A stretch of DNA of 64,000 bases. It comes from a virus (lineage: Duplodnaviria > Heunggongvirae > Uroviricota > Caudoviricetes). The DNA is taken from the IMG/VR virus record IMGVR_UViG_3300035696_000002. One strand, written 5' to 3'. Positions 19,694 through 27,208 of the stretch are shown here, in pieces. The notes below the pieces were generated by a model. It did not search any database. It worked only from the letters and a program-made list of their open reading frames with translations, and was not told where the DNA came from. The position numbers and the translations under genes were made by a program. The first letter of the stretch is position 1, and every line of letters begins with the position of its first letter.

Positions 19694-20196
19694 TGGGCTG
19701 GTCAATCGGCTACGACTCGAACTGGCACCGTGATATTGGATACGGTGTGCCTGCGATCTGCGATCACCCTAAATGTGGGAAGAAGATCGACCGGGGCCTG
19801 TCGTATGTTTGCGGCGGCGAGCCCTACGGCGGCGATGAGGGTTGCGGCCTGTACTTCTGCGATAAGCACCTCTTCTTTTCGGAGAAGACGGCGGCACAAC
19901 TTTGTAAACGGTGTTGCGATGGCAAGAAGCCATTCAAACCGACACCAGACTCACCAGTCTGGATCAAACACAAGGCCACTGACCCAAGCTGGGCACGCTG
20001 GCGACAGGAGCAAGGTATGGCAGGAAAAGGGTTGAAAATTTTCAAGGTCGAAGCTCAAGGCGATACGCTTTACATTCAGGCGAAGAACAAGGTCGCGGCG
20101 TCAGAATATCTGACCGACACCATGGGAGAAATCCCGGAATCGCTGCTCACGTGGACTGAGGTCAAGTCCCTGCCCGAGGGCGAAGAACTTCTTTAA
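19693..20196 (+). CDS. Cys/Gly-rich hypothetical phage protein
   Basis: GYGVPAICDHPKC...CG...GCGLYFC...H; TAATG coupling. Confidence 0.75.
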   Translation: MGWSIGYDSNWHRDIGYGVPAICDHPKCGKKIDRGLSYVCGGEPYGGDEGCGLYFCDKHLFFSEKTAAQLCKRCCDGKKPFKPTPDSPVWIKHKATDPSWARWRQEQGMAGKGLKIFKVEAQGDTLYIQAKNKVAASEYLTDTMGEIPESLLTWTEVKSLPEGEELL

Positions 20197-20408
20197 TGCC
20201 CACGATGGATAAGGCGAACCGCCAGAAGAACAAGGTTCGCGGCAAGTGTGACTACTGCCACAATCGACGGCTGATCGGAAAGAAGACTCAGTTCTGCGAT
20301 GAGTGTCTGTACGAATGGAATCGGGTTGTGGATGAACACTTCGATGGCGATCCGTTCTACCCGCTAAAAGTGGCCGCACAAGAAATGGCGAAACATGACC
20401 GAGATTGA
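20196..20408 (+). CDS. small Zn-finger protein
   Basis: CDYC...CDEC. Confidence 0.6.
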   Translation: MPTMDKANRQKNKVRGKCDYCHNRRLIGKKTQFCDECLYEWNRVVDEHFDGDPFYPLKVAAQEMAKHDRD

Positions 20409-20682
20409 CGAAAAATTTGCTGAACTGGTTAAGCCCATCTCCGAACACCTCGTAGGTCGCCCGCTGACTTCACACACTATGGTGGAGGCCCAGTACATGT
20501 GCCGTCAGGTAGAGCAGGAATTGAAAGAACTCTACCTCGAAGATTTCGAGGTTCTGATCGGATTGGACGAGATCAACAGACAGTTGGTGATCGGATACCG
20601 CTCCCGGATACCGTCAGACATCATCCCTCCGACGAGTGATCTGATTCATGGATTCAAGAGGCTGTTGGGACAATATGCTTGA
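20395..20682 (+). CDS. hypothetical protein
   Basis: 95-aa ORF overlapping both neighbours. Confidence 0.6.
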   Translation: MTEIDEKFAELVKPISEHLVGRPLTSHTMVEAQYMCRQVEQELKELYLEDFEVLIGLDEINRQLVIGYRSRIPSDIIPPTSDLIHGFKRLLGQYA

Positions 20683-21679
20683 AATTTACAAAGCCGTAGC
20701 GGCACGATTCGTCGAACGAATCAACGAAGTCTTCGCTTCCGAAGAGTCGATGGAAGCTGAGTTCAAAAAGAACTTCGAGTACCTTGACTTCACCCGCACG
20801 GATCATTGGGCTGCCATCATCTACAAACTTCTCCGCGATTCGTGGATCGAGGCTGGCCCGGCAACCAAAGTAGAGCCCACATCTTTCGATAAACTGGTGA
20901 TTCTGAAATGGGCACATCCGCTGCTCGATTACAATTTATTCTCGCAAGTGCTCCTAAATCTTCAGGGCTACACCGGGATGGCTTATGCCGTTGCCGACGC
21001 TGAGAAAGAACTGGAACAGCTAAAGTTTGGCTGGTCAAAAACTGCCAAGCATGACCCATTCGCTCCACATGCAAAGATGATTCGCAAACCGACACTGGCC
21101 GAGGACATCGCGTACAACAATACGTTGAGCAACGTCCGCTCGCTTAACTTGATCGCGAATTTCTCCCCGCAGACAAGCTGGCGTGTATCCCCGAAGGGAA
21201 GTACCCCGGCGTTCGCGGACTCAAGAAACATCTCGATGATCGGTATCGGCGGGGACAAGTACCTGAAAACGCTACCATCGTTGCAAGCTTTTTACATCGT
21301 GTGGGATCAGGTGCCGCAGATGGCCTTCCCGATTCGCACTGCGAAGGTCGGTGACAAGCCCGGCGTCGTGTTCCATGCCCCGGACATCCCCTACGAATTC
21401 ATATCGAAGTCTGGCGGCGAGGTGCTGCATGAGGTGTTATTCGCCCGCAAGTTGATGTACGAAATCTACGGCAGCATCGACTCGACAAAAGAAATCTGCA
21501 TCATGGTGCCCCGGATGTATTCAGTACTGGTGGTCACGGAAAAACATGGAGACTCCTTGACGCGGGCATTTAATTCGCTCAAGGAACGGTACCCCATGAT
21601 ATCCTTGATTACCGGAGATCGTGCGGCGGCAATGATGGCTGCGGCAGAAAAAGCGAAGGAACAAGCTGATGGGCTGTGA
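20675..21679 (+). CDS. hypothetical protein (334 aa)
   Basis: Long ORF in operon; no motif recognised. Confidence 0.75.
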   Translation: MLEIYKAVAARFVERINEVFASEESMEAEFKKNFEYLDFTRTDHWAAIIYKLLRDSWIEAGPATKVEPTSFDKLVILKWAHPLLDYNLFSQVLLNLQGYTGMAYAVADAEKELEQLKFGWSKTAKHDPFAPHAKMIRKPTLAEDIAYNNTLSNVRSLNLIANFSPQTSWRVSPKGSTPAFADSRNISMIGIGGDKYLKTLPSLQAFYIVWDQVPQMAFPIRTAKVGDKPGVVFHAPDIPYEFISKSGGEVLHEVLFARKLMYEIYGSIDSTKEICIMVPRMYSVLVVTEKHGDSLTRAFNSLKERYPMISLITGDRAAAMMAAAEKAKEQADGL

Positions 21680-22055
21680 CATTCACGTACACGTCGAAGT
21701 AAAGATCAATGGGAAGTGGCAGCATTACAACCACCCGAGGATCAACCGGAACTACGCACTCTTTAGCCGACTGGCTGGCGTCCGGGGCGAACTGGAACCA
21801 ATCACTAGGCCGAGGGGCATTCCAAAAAACGCAACGTGGATGACAAAATTCGACTTCAAACGCATGGGCACCGACGCCCACACGCCAAGCTGGATTTCAG
21901 GTGAGGAAGTTGAGGCTCTACAGGCCGAGGGCTTCTTGGACAGCTTCAAGGAACTGGGCTACATTTTCGGCAACGGCTTCGGCGTCAAGGGCTATCCCGA
22001 GGATTACCCTGAGGGGGTCGAAGACTCCCGGCTCGTTTTTTGGTTCGATTGCTAA
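21669..22055 (+). CDS. hypothetical phage protein
   Basis: MGCDIH...RNYALFSRLAGVRG...PRGIP...FWFD pattern. Confidence 0.75.
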   Translation: MGCDIHVHVEVKINGKWQHYNHPRINRNYALFSRLAGVRGELEPITRPRGIPKNATWMTKFDFKRMGTDAHTPSWISGEEVEALQAEGFLDSFKELGYIFGNGFGVKGYPEDYPEGVEDSRLVFWFDC

Positions 22056-22064
22056 AAATAGTTG

Positions 22065-22093
22065 TTGCAAGTTTTCGAACTTCCCAGTATTAT
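22065..22093 (+). promoter_or_regulatory. sigma70-like promoter of tRNA array 1
   Basis: TTGCAA-17 nt-TATTAT. Confidence 0.75.
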
Positions 22094-22109
22094 ACTCAGA
22101 GAGATCATT

Positions 22110-22187
22110 ATGAACCGCGTTTCCCTATCACTGTCGCTCTTGTATAGCCTCCTTAGCGGGGTCGGCGGCGGTGTGTTCAACGGGTAA
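22110..22187 (+). CDS. Leu/Ser/Tyr-rich leader peptide (25 aa, not in ORF track)
   Basis: MNRVSLSLSLLYSLLSGVGGGVFNG; GAGAG upstream; embedded in the attenuator. Confidence 0.8.
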   Translation: MNRVSLSLSLLYSLLSGVGGGVFNG

Positions 22188-22242
22188 CGCAATTAAATCC
22201 CGAGAACGAACCAGCCGCCAGAGATGGCGGCTTTTGATTTTT
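22129..22242 (+). promoter_or_regulatory. ribosome-dependent transcription attenuator (1:2, 2:3, 3:4)
   Basis: 1:2 CACTGTCGCT(22129-38)/GGCGGCGGTG(22164-73); 2:3 GGCGG.GGT..GTTC/GAAC..ACC..CCGCC(22204-19); 3:4 AGCCGCCA-GAGA-TGGCGGCT followed by TTTGATTTTT. Confidence 0.8.
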
Positions 22243-22254
22243 GTGGGCGAATTT

Positions 22255-22482
22255 ATGAAAGTAGTCCAGACAGCACTGACGAAAAAGACGGAGACGGGCG
22301 TGGCCCATCTCATCGCTTGGCTCCCGGTCGATCCGCGAGTAAAGCGGGGCAGTGTCATTTCGCTCGATAAGGACGACGGCAATCGCTGGGTAGTCGAGCG
22401 GCAGTACGCGGTGCAGGATTCTGCTGAGATTCAGCGGGGCTGGGGTGTTGACCTCCCGAAATCGCAGCGTACTGAACGATAA
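22255..22482 (+). CDS. hypothetical protein (75 aa), first gene after the attenuator
   Basis: ATG at 22255; ends 6 nt before tRNA-Tyr. Confidence 0.65.
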   Translation: MKVVQTALTKKTETGVAHLIAWLPVDPRVKRGSVISLDKDDGNRWVVERQYAVQDSAEIQRGWGVDLPKSQRTER

Positions 22483-22488
22483 AGTTTT

Positions 22489-22577
22489 GCATGGTTGCGT
22501 GAGCGGCTAAAACGGGCTGGCTGTAACCCAGCTTCCCCTAGCGGGATACGGAGGTTCAAATCCTTCACCATGCACCA
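22489..22577 (+). tRNA. tRNA-Tyr(GTA)
   Basis: GCATGGT/ACCATGC acceptor, GCTGG-CTGTAAC-CCAGC, V-arm, T-loop TTCAAAT, CCA. Confidence 0.95.
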
Positions 22578-22643
22578 GATTTGTTAGGTGGAATTCCTCG
22601 CCTGCCGCTATATGGCAGACCGTAAGAGCCGATTAAAGTTTTT

Positions 22644-22730
22644 GCACAGTTGGGTGAGCGGCTAAGCCATCTGCCTGTAAAGCAGACGCCCCTCGGGGCT
22701 TCGCAGGTTCGAGTCCTGCACTGTGCACCA
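22644..22730 (+). tRNA. tRNA-Tyr(GTA)
   Basis: GCACAGT/ACTGTGC, TCTGC-CTGTAAA-GCAGA, TTCGAGT, CCA. Confidence 0.95.
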
Positions 22731-22757
22731 TTTTATGGATAGGTGTGAACATTGCGA

Positions 22758-22871
22758 AGCCGGGGCCGAGAACCCTGACCTACATCAGGATCGTTGGTTC
22801 TCAGCAGAACGTTGCTACCGAGTTCACATAGTGAGTAGGCAGGTGGTTCCGTGTTTGATGGAGTCCCGGCT
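22758..22871 (+). ncRNA. unassigned structured RNA
   Basis: AGCCGGGG/TCCCGGCT closing stem; inner GAGAACC/GGTTCTC and CCTGA/TCAGG stems. Confidence 0.4.
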
Positions 22872-22892
22872 GAAAGTGATTTTTCACAACGT

Positions 22893-22978
22893 GCGGTTGT
22901 GGTGGAATGGCAGACACGCAAGGTTGAGAGCCTTGTGGGGGCAACTCCGTGGAGGTTCGAGTCCTCTCAGCCGCACCA
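22893..22978 (+). tRNA. tRNA-Leu(GAG)
   Basis: GCGGTTG/CAGCCGC, CAAGG-TTGAGAG-CCTTG, V-arm, CCA. Confidence 0.95.
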
Positions 22979-23102
22979 AGTTCTGGGCATGGTGTAGACA
23001 ATTTCGTGTGCCCTGCGTCTATGCACAATCACAAGTGAAACCATAGCGGCTTTGGGTGGATAGACCTGCCTCCGGCCCACTAGGACGCCGCCGCAAAGTT
23101 TC

Positions 23103-23188
23103 GCGAGCGTGGCGGAATTGGCAGACGCACTGGCCTTAGAAGCCAGCGGTTAACAGCCATGCAGGTTCGATGCCTGTCGCTCGCACCA
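23103..23188 (+). tRNA. tRNA-Leu(TAG)
   Basis: GCGAGCG/CGCTCGC, CTGGC-CTTAGAA-GCCAG, CCA. Confidence 0.95.
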
Positions 23189-23192
23189 ATAT

Positions 23193-23305
23193 TGTTGAAC
23201 TAAAGCTGTGAAACGGCGGCACGCAGAACCCCGTGTGACTGGCGAAAGCTGTGGCAGGCGAGAAACATTACACGCCAAGGCGTTTGAGTAACTGGTCGTT
23301 CAACA
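23193..23305 (+). ncRNA. unassigned structured RNA
   Basis: TGTTGAAC/GTTCAACA closing stem, two GAAA-capped hairpins, CGTGTGA/TTACACG stem. Confidence 0.45.
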
Positions 23306-23309
23306 CAAG

Positions 23310-23453
23310 TTTGAGAGCACGAGTGGGGGAACTGGCATACCCGGAGCAGGCAACTGACTCCACGTCCCCGAATTGACGGGGGCTGCGGTGCAGCGTGGCG
23401 AAGGCAGTGCGGATTCGAGTTCCGCCTCTGGAAGCTGCAACATCGCTCTCAAA
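23310..23453 (+). ncRNA. expanded tRNA-like RNA
   Basis: TTTGAGAGC/GCTCTCAAA stem enclosing a Leu-type D-arm (GGG-GAACTGGCATA-CCC), three hairpins and a T-arm (GCGGA-TTCGAGT-TCCGC). Confidence 0.55.
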
Positions 23454-23463
23454 GTTTTTTGCT

Positions 23464-23553
23464 TCGAAGATGACGGAATGGTAGACGTGGCACCGCAAAA
23501 TGGTTCTGTAGCTATTAAGACGCTACGTGTGGGTTCGAGTCCCACTCTTCGTT
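23464..23553 (+). pseudogene. degenerate tRNA-Leu-like gene
   Basis: Leu-type D-arm, long V-arm and T-arm intact; anticodon stem mismatched, loop GCAAAAT lacks U33, 1:72 mismatch, no CCA. Confidence 0.6.
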
Positions 23554-23623
23554 GCAACGCGATTGATATTTACTGAAACGGCCATATTTACTGTACAGCA
23601 AATATGGCGTTCAGAGTAAATAT

Positions 23624-23709
23624 GCGGATGTGGTGGAACGGCAGACACGCGGGCCTCAGAAGCCCGTCCCCGCAAGGGGGTGAAGGTTCAAATCCTTTCG
23701 TCCGCACCA
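23624..23709 (+). tRNA. tRNA-Leu(CAG)
   Basis: GCGGATG/CGTCCGC, CGGGC-CTCAGAA-GCCCG, CCA. Confidence 0.95.
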
Positions 23710-23715
23710 AGCTTC

Positions 23716-23803
23716 GCCGGGATGGTGGAATGGCAGACACGCAAGGCTCAAACCCTTGTGGGGATTAAACCCCGTGCAGGTTCGAATCCTGTTCCCGGCA
23801 CCA
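23716..23803 (+). tRNA. tRNA-Leu(CAA)
   Basis: GCCGGGA/TCCCGGC, CAAGG-CTCAAAC-CCTTG, CCA. Confidence 0.95.
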
Positions 23804-23861
23804 AAATCACAAACCCAAAAAACTTTCCCCAAACGCTTCAACCCGTGTTACATTGGTAACC

Positions 23862-24062
23862 ATGTGGTTCGGAGAGTTCGACCCTGACGACAAGGGCCTG
23901 TACCAACGAGTCTGCCTCTGGTTGACGGATCAGTACGATCTGTTTTTGATGTTCAAGTACAACTGGAGAAAAGACTTGAAGCTGTGGCTGGCTCAACGTC
24001 GGACGGATCGTGCTCTGAAACGGCTGGATACCAACTATCCTGACTGGCGAAACCGCAAATAA
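23862..24062 (+). CDS. hypothetical protein
   Basis: ATG at 23862 after an extended -10-like TGTTACATT; Trp-rich 66 aa. Confidence 0.6.
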   Translation: MWFGEFDPDDKGLYQRVCLWLTDQYDLFLMFKYNWRKDLKLWLAQRRTDRALKRLDTNYPDWRNRK

Positions 24063-24095
24063 AAATCCTTTGAAAGTCAAGAGTGATTCCTTTTT

Positions 24096-25100
24096 ATGGG
24101 CAAGCGTGATTCCGATTCACCTGAAGTAGCAACTCCGAAAGCCTCGCAAGGCAGTGCGGTTGGCGGCGAAGAACACGAAGCAGAAGCATACGCACATTGG
24201 TCAAAACGGAACGGGCTTTACAGGCCCACAGGCAAGACGATTGATTCGGTGCCCGCAGGCATCTACAGCATCGACAACGACAATCAAGGCTGGTACCTCG
24301 AAAAAATCAAGTTCCCCTCGGACGATCTGCTCCGCCTGCCGGGAATGCCCATCGAGTTCATCCTTGACCAGATTCAGAAGTTCTGGGAACGGGAACATCT
24401 CTTCAAGGCCACGAAGCTCCTCCACAAGCGTGGCATTCTGTTGTACGGCCCGGCTGGATGTGGTAAAACATCCATCATCAAGCTGCTCTGCAATGATCTC
24501 GTCAACCGCGACGGCATCGTCCTCACGATCACAAACTGCCGTCTTGCGGAAAATGCCCTTCAGGGTATTCGTCAGATCGAGCCACGCCGACCGATCCTGA
24601 CCATCATCGAAGACATCGAGACCTACATGGGTTCGTCCGACGATTCCTCGTCCGCACGTGCCCTGCTCGCCTTCCTCGACGGTGAATCGCAGGTGGATCA
24701 CATCGTCCATCTGGCGACGACGAACAAGCCGGAGTTGCTGGAAGATCGCATCATCAAGCGACCGGGCCGTTTCGACCTCGTCGTCGGCTTGAATCAACCT
24801 GTGGCAGATGCTCGCGAAATGTATCTGCGAAACCTGTTGAAAGAGTTGGTCACCGATGAAGAGTACGCCGAGATGGTTGCCGAAACCAAGGGTCTCGGCC
24901 TCGCTCACCTGCGTGAGTTGGTTGTGGCGTCGTACTGCCTCGGCCTCGACCGCAAGGAAACATTGAAGCGTCTGCGGATGAATTACAAGAGCAAGCTCAA
25001 GGTCAAGAATTCACCCGATGGCAATAAGATGGGCTTCAGGGAACCGGACGAGGGTTACACGACCGATTTCCCGATTGACGAACCGAAAGACGACGAGTAG
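24096..25100 (+). CDS. AAA+ ATPase (classical clade, BCS1/FtsH-like)
   Basis: Walker A GPAGCGKT, Walker B IIEDIE, SRH TTNKPELLEDRIIKRPGRFD. Confidence 0.92.
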   Translation: MGKRDSDSPEVATPKASQGSAVGGEEHEAEAYAHWSKRNGLYRPTGKTIDSVPAGIYSIDNDNQGWYLEKIKFPSDDLLRLPGMPIEFILDQIQKFWEREHLFKATKLLHKRGILLYGPAGCGKTSIIKLLCNDLVNRDGIVLTITNCRLAENALQGIRQIEPRRPILTIIEDIETYMGSSDDSSSARALLAFLDGESQVDHIVHLATTNKPELLEDRIIKRPGRFDLVVGLNQPVADAREMYLRNLLKELVTDEEYAEMVAETKGLGLAHLRELVVASYCLGLDRKETLKRLRMNYKSKLKVKNSPDGNKMGFREPDEGYTTDFPIDEPKDDE

Positions 25101-25105
25101 GCCCC

Positions 25106-25609
25106 ATGGCCGCTGCTGCTCCAGCGAAAATCAACCTGTTCAAGTATGAATGGGCTTGCTACTCCAACTTCTACGCCGCCCCGGTCAAACTGGACGGCGT
25201 AGAATACCCATCTGTTGAGCACGCCTATCAGGCGGCGAAGACGCTTGACCCGAAGAAGCGGATTCCGTTTCAGAGCATCACGCTGACTTCGGGAAAAGCA
25301 AAACGGATGGGCCGGGGTTTCAGGGAAGGTCGCGGGCTCCGACCAGATTGGCGGCAGGTCAACGTCGGCATCATGCGTGACTTGCTCATGCAGAAATTCG
25401 CTCACTCGTTGTTGAAGCGGAAGTTGCTATCGTCCCTTCAGGCAGAATTAGAAGAAGGCAACTACTGGCACGACACCTTCTGGGGTGTTTGTTACGGGAA
25501 GATCGACGGACGAACTTGTGATCTTGGTGAACACGAACCGATAGGTGAGAACTATCTCGGTAAACTTCTCATGGAAGTTCGTGCCCACTATGCTACAATG
25601 ACCGAGTAG
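25106..25609 (+). CDS. NADAR (YbiA-like) family protein
   Basis: SNFYAAPV...YPSVEHAYQAAK, AKRMGR, RPDW, KF, LEEGNYWHDTFWG, GENYLGKLLMEVR. Confidence 0.92.
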   Translation: MAAAAPAKINLFKYEWACYSNFYAAPVKLDGVEYPSVEHAYQAAKTLDPKKRIPFQSITLTSGKAKRMGRGFREGRGLRPDWRQVNVGIMRDLLMQKFAHSLLKRKLLSSLQAELEEGNYWHDTFWGVCYGKIDGRTCDLGEHEPIGENYLGKLLMEVRAHYATMTE

Positions 25610-25640
25610 ACCAGCAGTAAAATTCAGAAAGGAATCATCC

Positions 25641-26036
25641 ATGGCATTACAGAGCATCAAAGAAGCCGTCGCCCAGCAAGTCGCGGCACTCGGCCCGGAA
25701 GTAGAGACCGCCGTTGTAGGCGTTCTCGTCGATCAGGTGAAGGAGAAGCGTACCAAAGCAATTCTGGCCGCTCTCAGCCTCATCGAAGAGACTCAGAAGG
25801 AACTGAAGAAGATCAAGCCGACGCAGACGTTCGATGTTGACGGCAAGGTCGCGTCCGAATTCTACACGAAGACGGACAAGGAAGCTCGCGAGAAGATCAA
25901 CCAGAAGCTCGCGAAAATCGAAAAGGCCCTCGGCGAAGCTTTCGACGCGGAGAAGCCGAATTTCGAGAAGCTGTTCAACGTCGTCCAGAACAAGGGACAG
26001 GAAACGAAGCAGGACAGCGGAGCCAGCGAGGAGTAA
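25641..26036 (+). CDS. helical/coiled-coil hypothetical protein
   Basis: SD AAAGGA; 131 aa. Confidence 0.75.
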   Translation: MALQSIKEAVAQQVAALGPEVETAVVGVLVDQVKEKRTKAILAALSLIEETQKELKKIKPTQTFDVDGKVASEFYTKTDKEAREKINQKLAKIEKALGEAFDAEKPNFEKLFNVVQNKGQETKQDSGASEE

Positions 26037-27017
26037 TTGACTCCGTCAGAACATCTGATGCAGTTGGCAGAAGAGAAGGCCAACAGTCCCGAGAATAGGC
26101 GGGAACTGTTGGCCCTTGTTCTTGATCGTGCCACTGCCGCTGAGGTCAAGCGAATCAACCAAGAAATTGGTCGTTGTGCCACGTACCAAGCCAACTACAA
26201 CCGTGAGTGGCGTCGCGTCTCCCCGGATTACACAAATCTGCTCCGTGAATATGTGCGACTGAAGTTGCAGTTGCATGTGTGGAAAAAGCACATGTTCTAC
26301 TACGACGCCTCATTGACCCACGAGGAAATCCAAGCCTGTCTGGATAAGTGTGCCACGCTCCGTGCCGAGATTGATGATGCCCGGCAAAAAGCCTATAACA
26401 GTGCTTGGGGTGAAACAGATCGCACTACGCCTCCTCCGCCTGCGGTGATGTGCGACATGCCCAACTGCAAACGCGGGGCAAAATATCTTGCGGGTTCAGT
26501 GAACGGGGCGAGGGGCTACACAGAACAGAATCTTTGCAAGCCGCACTATTTCGGGTACACGCCTACATTTAACGCCAAGTACGATCAGGTCACGAAAGAA
26601 CCAGCAGCGTTGTACGGCCCCAGTGTGCCAGCAGCAATCTATGGCTCCGACGTACCGAAACCTGAGCCAGAAGTCGAGTCGATAAAAGACCCGGAAGTGT
26701 GTATGGAAGACACCCACTGCGAGTGGTGTGATCGAGAAGCCACATGCGTTTTCGAGGATAGCGTGTTCTGTTACGAGCACTTCCTGAAAGCGGAGGAGTT
26801 GGCCAAGCAGGAGCAAGAGGCGGTCAAAAAACATCCCGGCCCGAAGCCGACCTTCCCTGAATCCAATGCTTGGGATGTGGGGGAATGTTTTTCTCAGAAA
26901 GCATACATGGACAACCTGTATGGCCCGCAGGCAGCCGGGCGGGTCGTTCGCACGGAGACTTCCAGTCGATCTTTAATCACTGCATCCAAAGTCCGCTGGG
27001 ACAAAAACCCCCTCTAA
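26037..27017 (+). CDS. hypothetical protein with two C3H-type fingers
   Basis: CDMPNC...A...LCKPH and CEWC...A...FCYEH. Confidence 0.65.
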   Translation: MTPSEHLMQLAEEKANSPENRRELLALVLDRATAAEVKRINQEIGRCATYQANYNREWRRVSPDYTNLLREYVRLKLQLHVWKKHMFYYDASLTHEEIQACLDKCATLRAEIDDARQKAYNSAWGETDRTTPPPPAVMCDMPNCKRGAKYLAGSVNGARGYTEQNLCKPHYFGYTPTFNAKYDQVTKEPAALYGPSVPAAIYGSDVPKPEPEVESIKDPEVCMEDTHCEWCDREATCVFEDSVFCYEHFLKAEELAKQEQEAVKKHPGPKPTFPESNAWDVGECFSQKAYMDNLYGPQAAGRVVRTETSSRSLITASKVRWDKNPL

Positions 27018-27035
27018 AAATAATTTCTGCGGGTA

Positions 27036-27065
27036 TTGACAAAAAGCCCGACTTCCGGGTATCTT
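27036..27065 (+). promoter_or_regulatory. sigma70-like promoter of tRNA array 2
   Basis: TTGACA-18 nt-TATCTT. Confidence 0.7.
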
Positions 27066-27105
27066 ATATGAGTGGGCAGAAGCCCACCAAGGAATTCACC
27101 TTCAA

Positions 27106-27177
27106 ATGAACTTGATGCGACCATTTACGATGTTTCGACCGTGCATGCCTACCATGCGTCGGGAGACGATTCTGTAA
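27106..27177 (+). CDS. Met/Pro/Phe/Arg-rich leader peptide (23 aa, not in ORF track)
   Basis: MNLMRPFTMFRPCMPTMRRETIL; AAGGA 12 nt upstream; alternative in-frame ATG at 27115; 3' end lies in a long hairpin abutting tRNA-Pro. Confidence 0.65.
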   Translation: MNLMRPFTMFRPCMPTMRRETIL

Positions 27178-27208
27178 ATCGTCCGCATCCCGACGCTGCT
27201 AGGCGTAC

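Noticed and set aside
23232-23274. GTGACTGGCGAA resembles the 5' half of the ZTP riboswitch
   Set aside because: No GTGG/CCAC P2 and no downstream CGCCTGGG hairpin to form the pseudoknot; it also does not precede a protein gene.
27068-27109. 13-aa ORF MSGQKPTKEFTFK upstream of leader 2
   Set aside because: Its ATG lies only 2 nt after the predicted -10 box, so it is probably not in the transcript, and it shows no codon bias; it could matter if the real TSS is further upstream.
27165-27183. Hairpin with CTGTAAA that looks like a Tyr anticodon arm
   Set aside because: Register does not give a 7-nt CU-GUA-AA loop and there are no D or T arms; treated as part of the leader switch.
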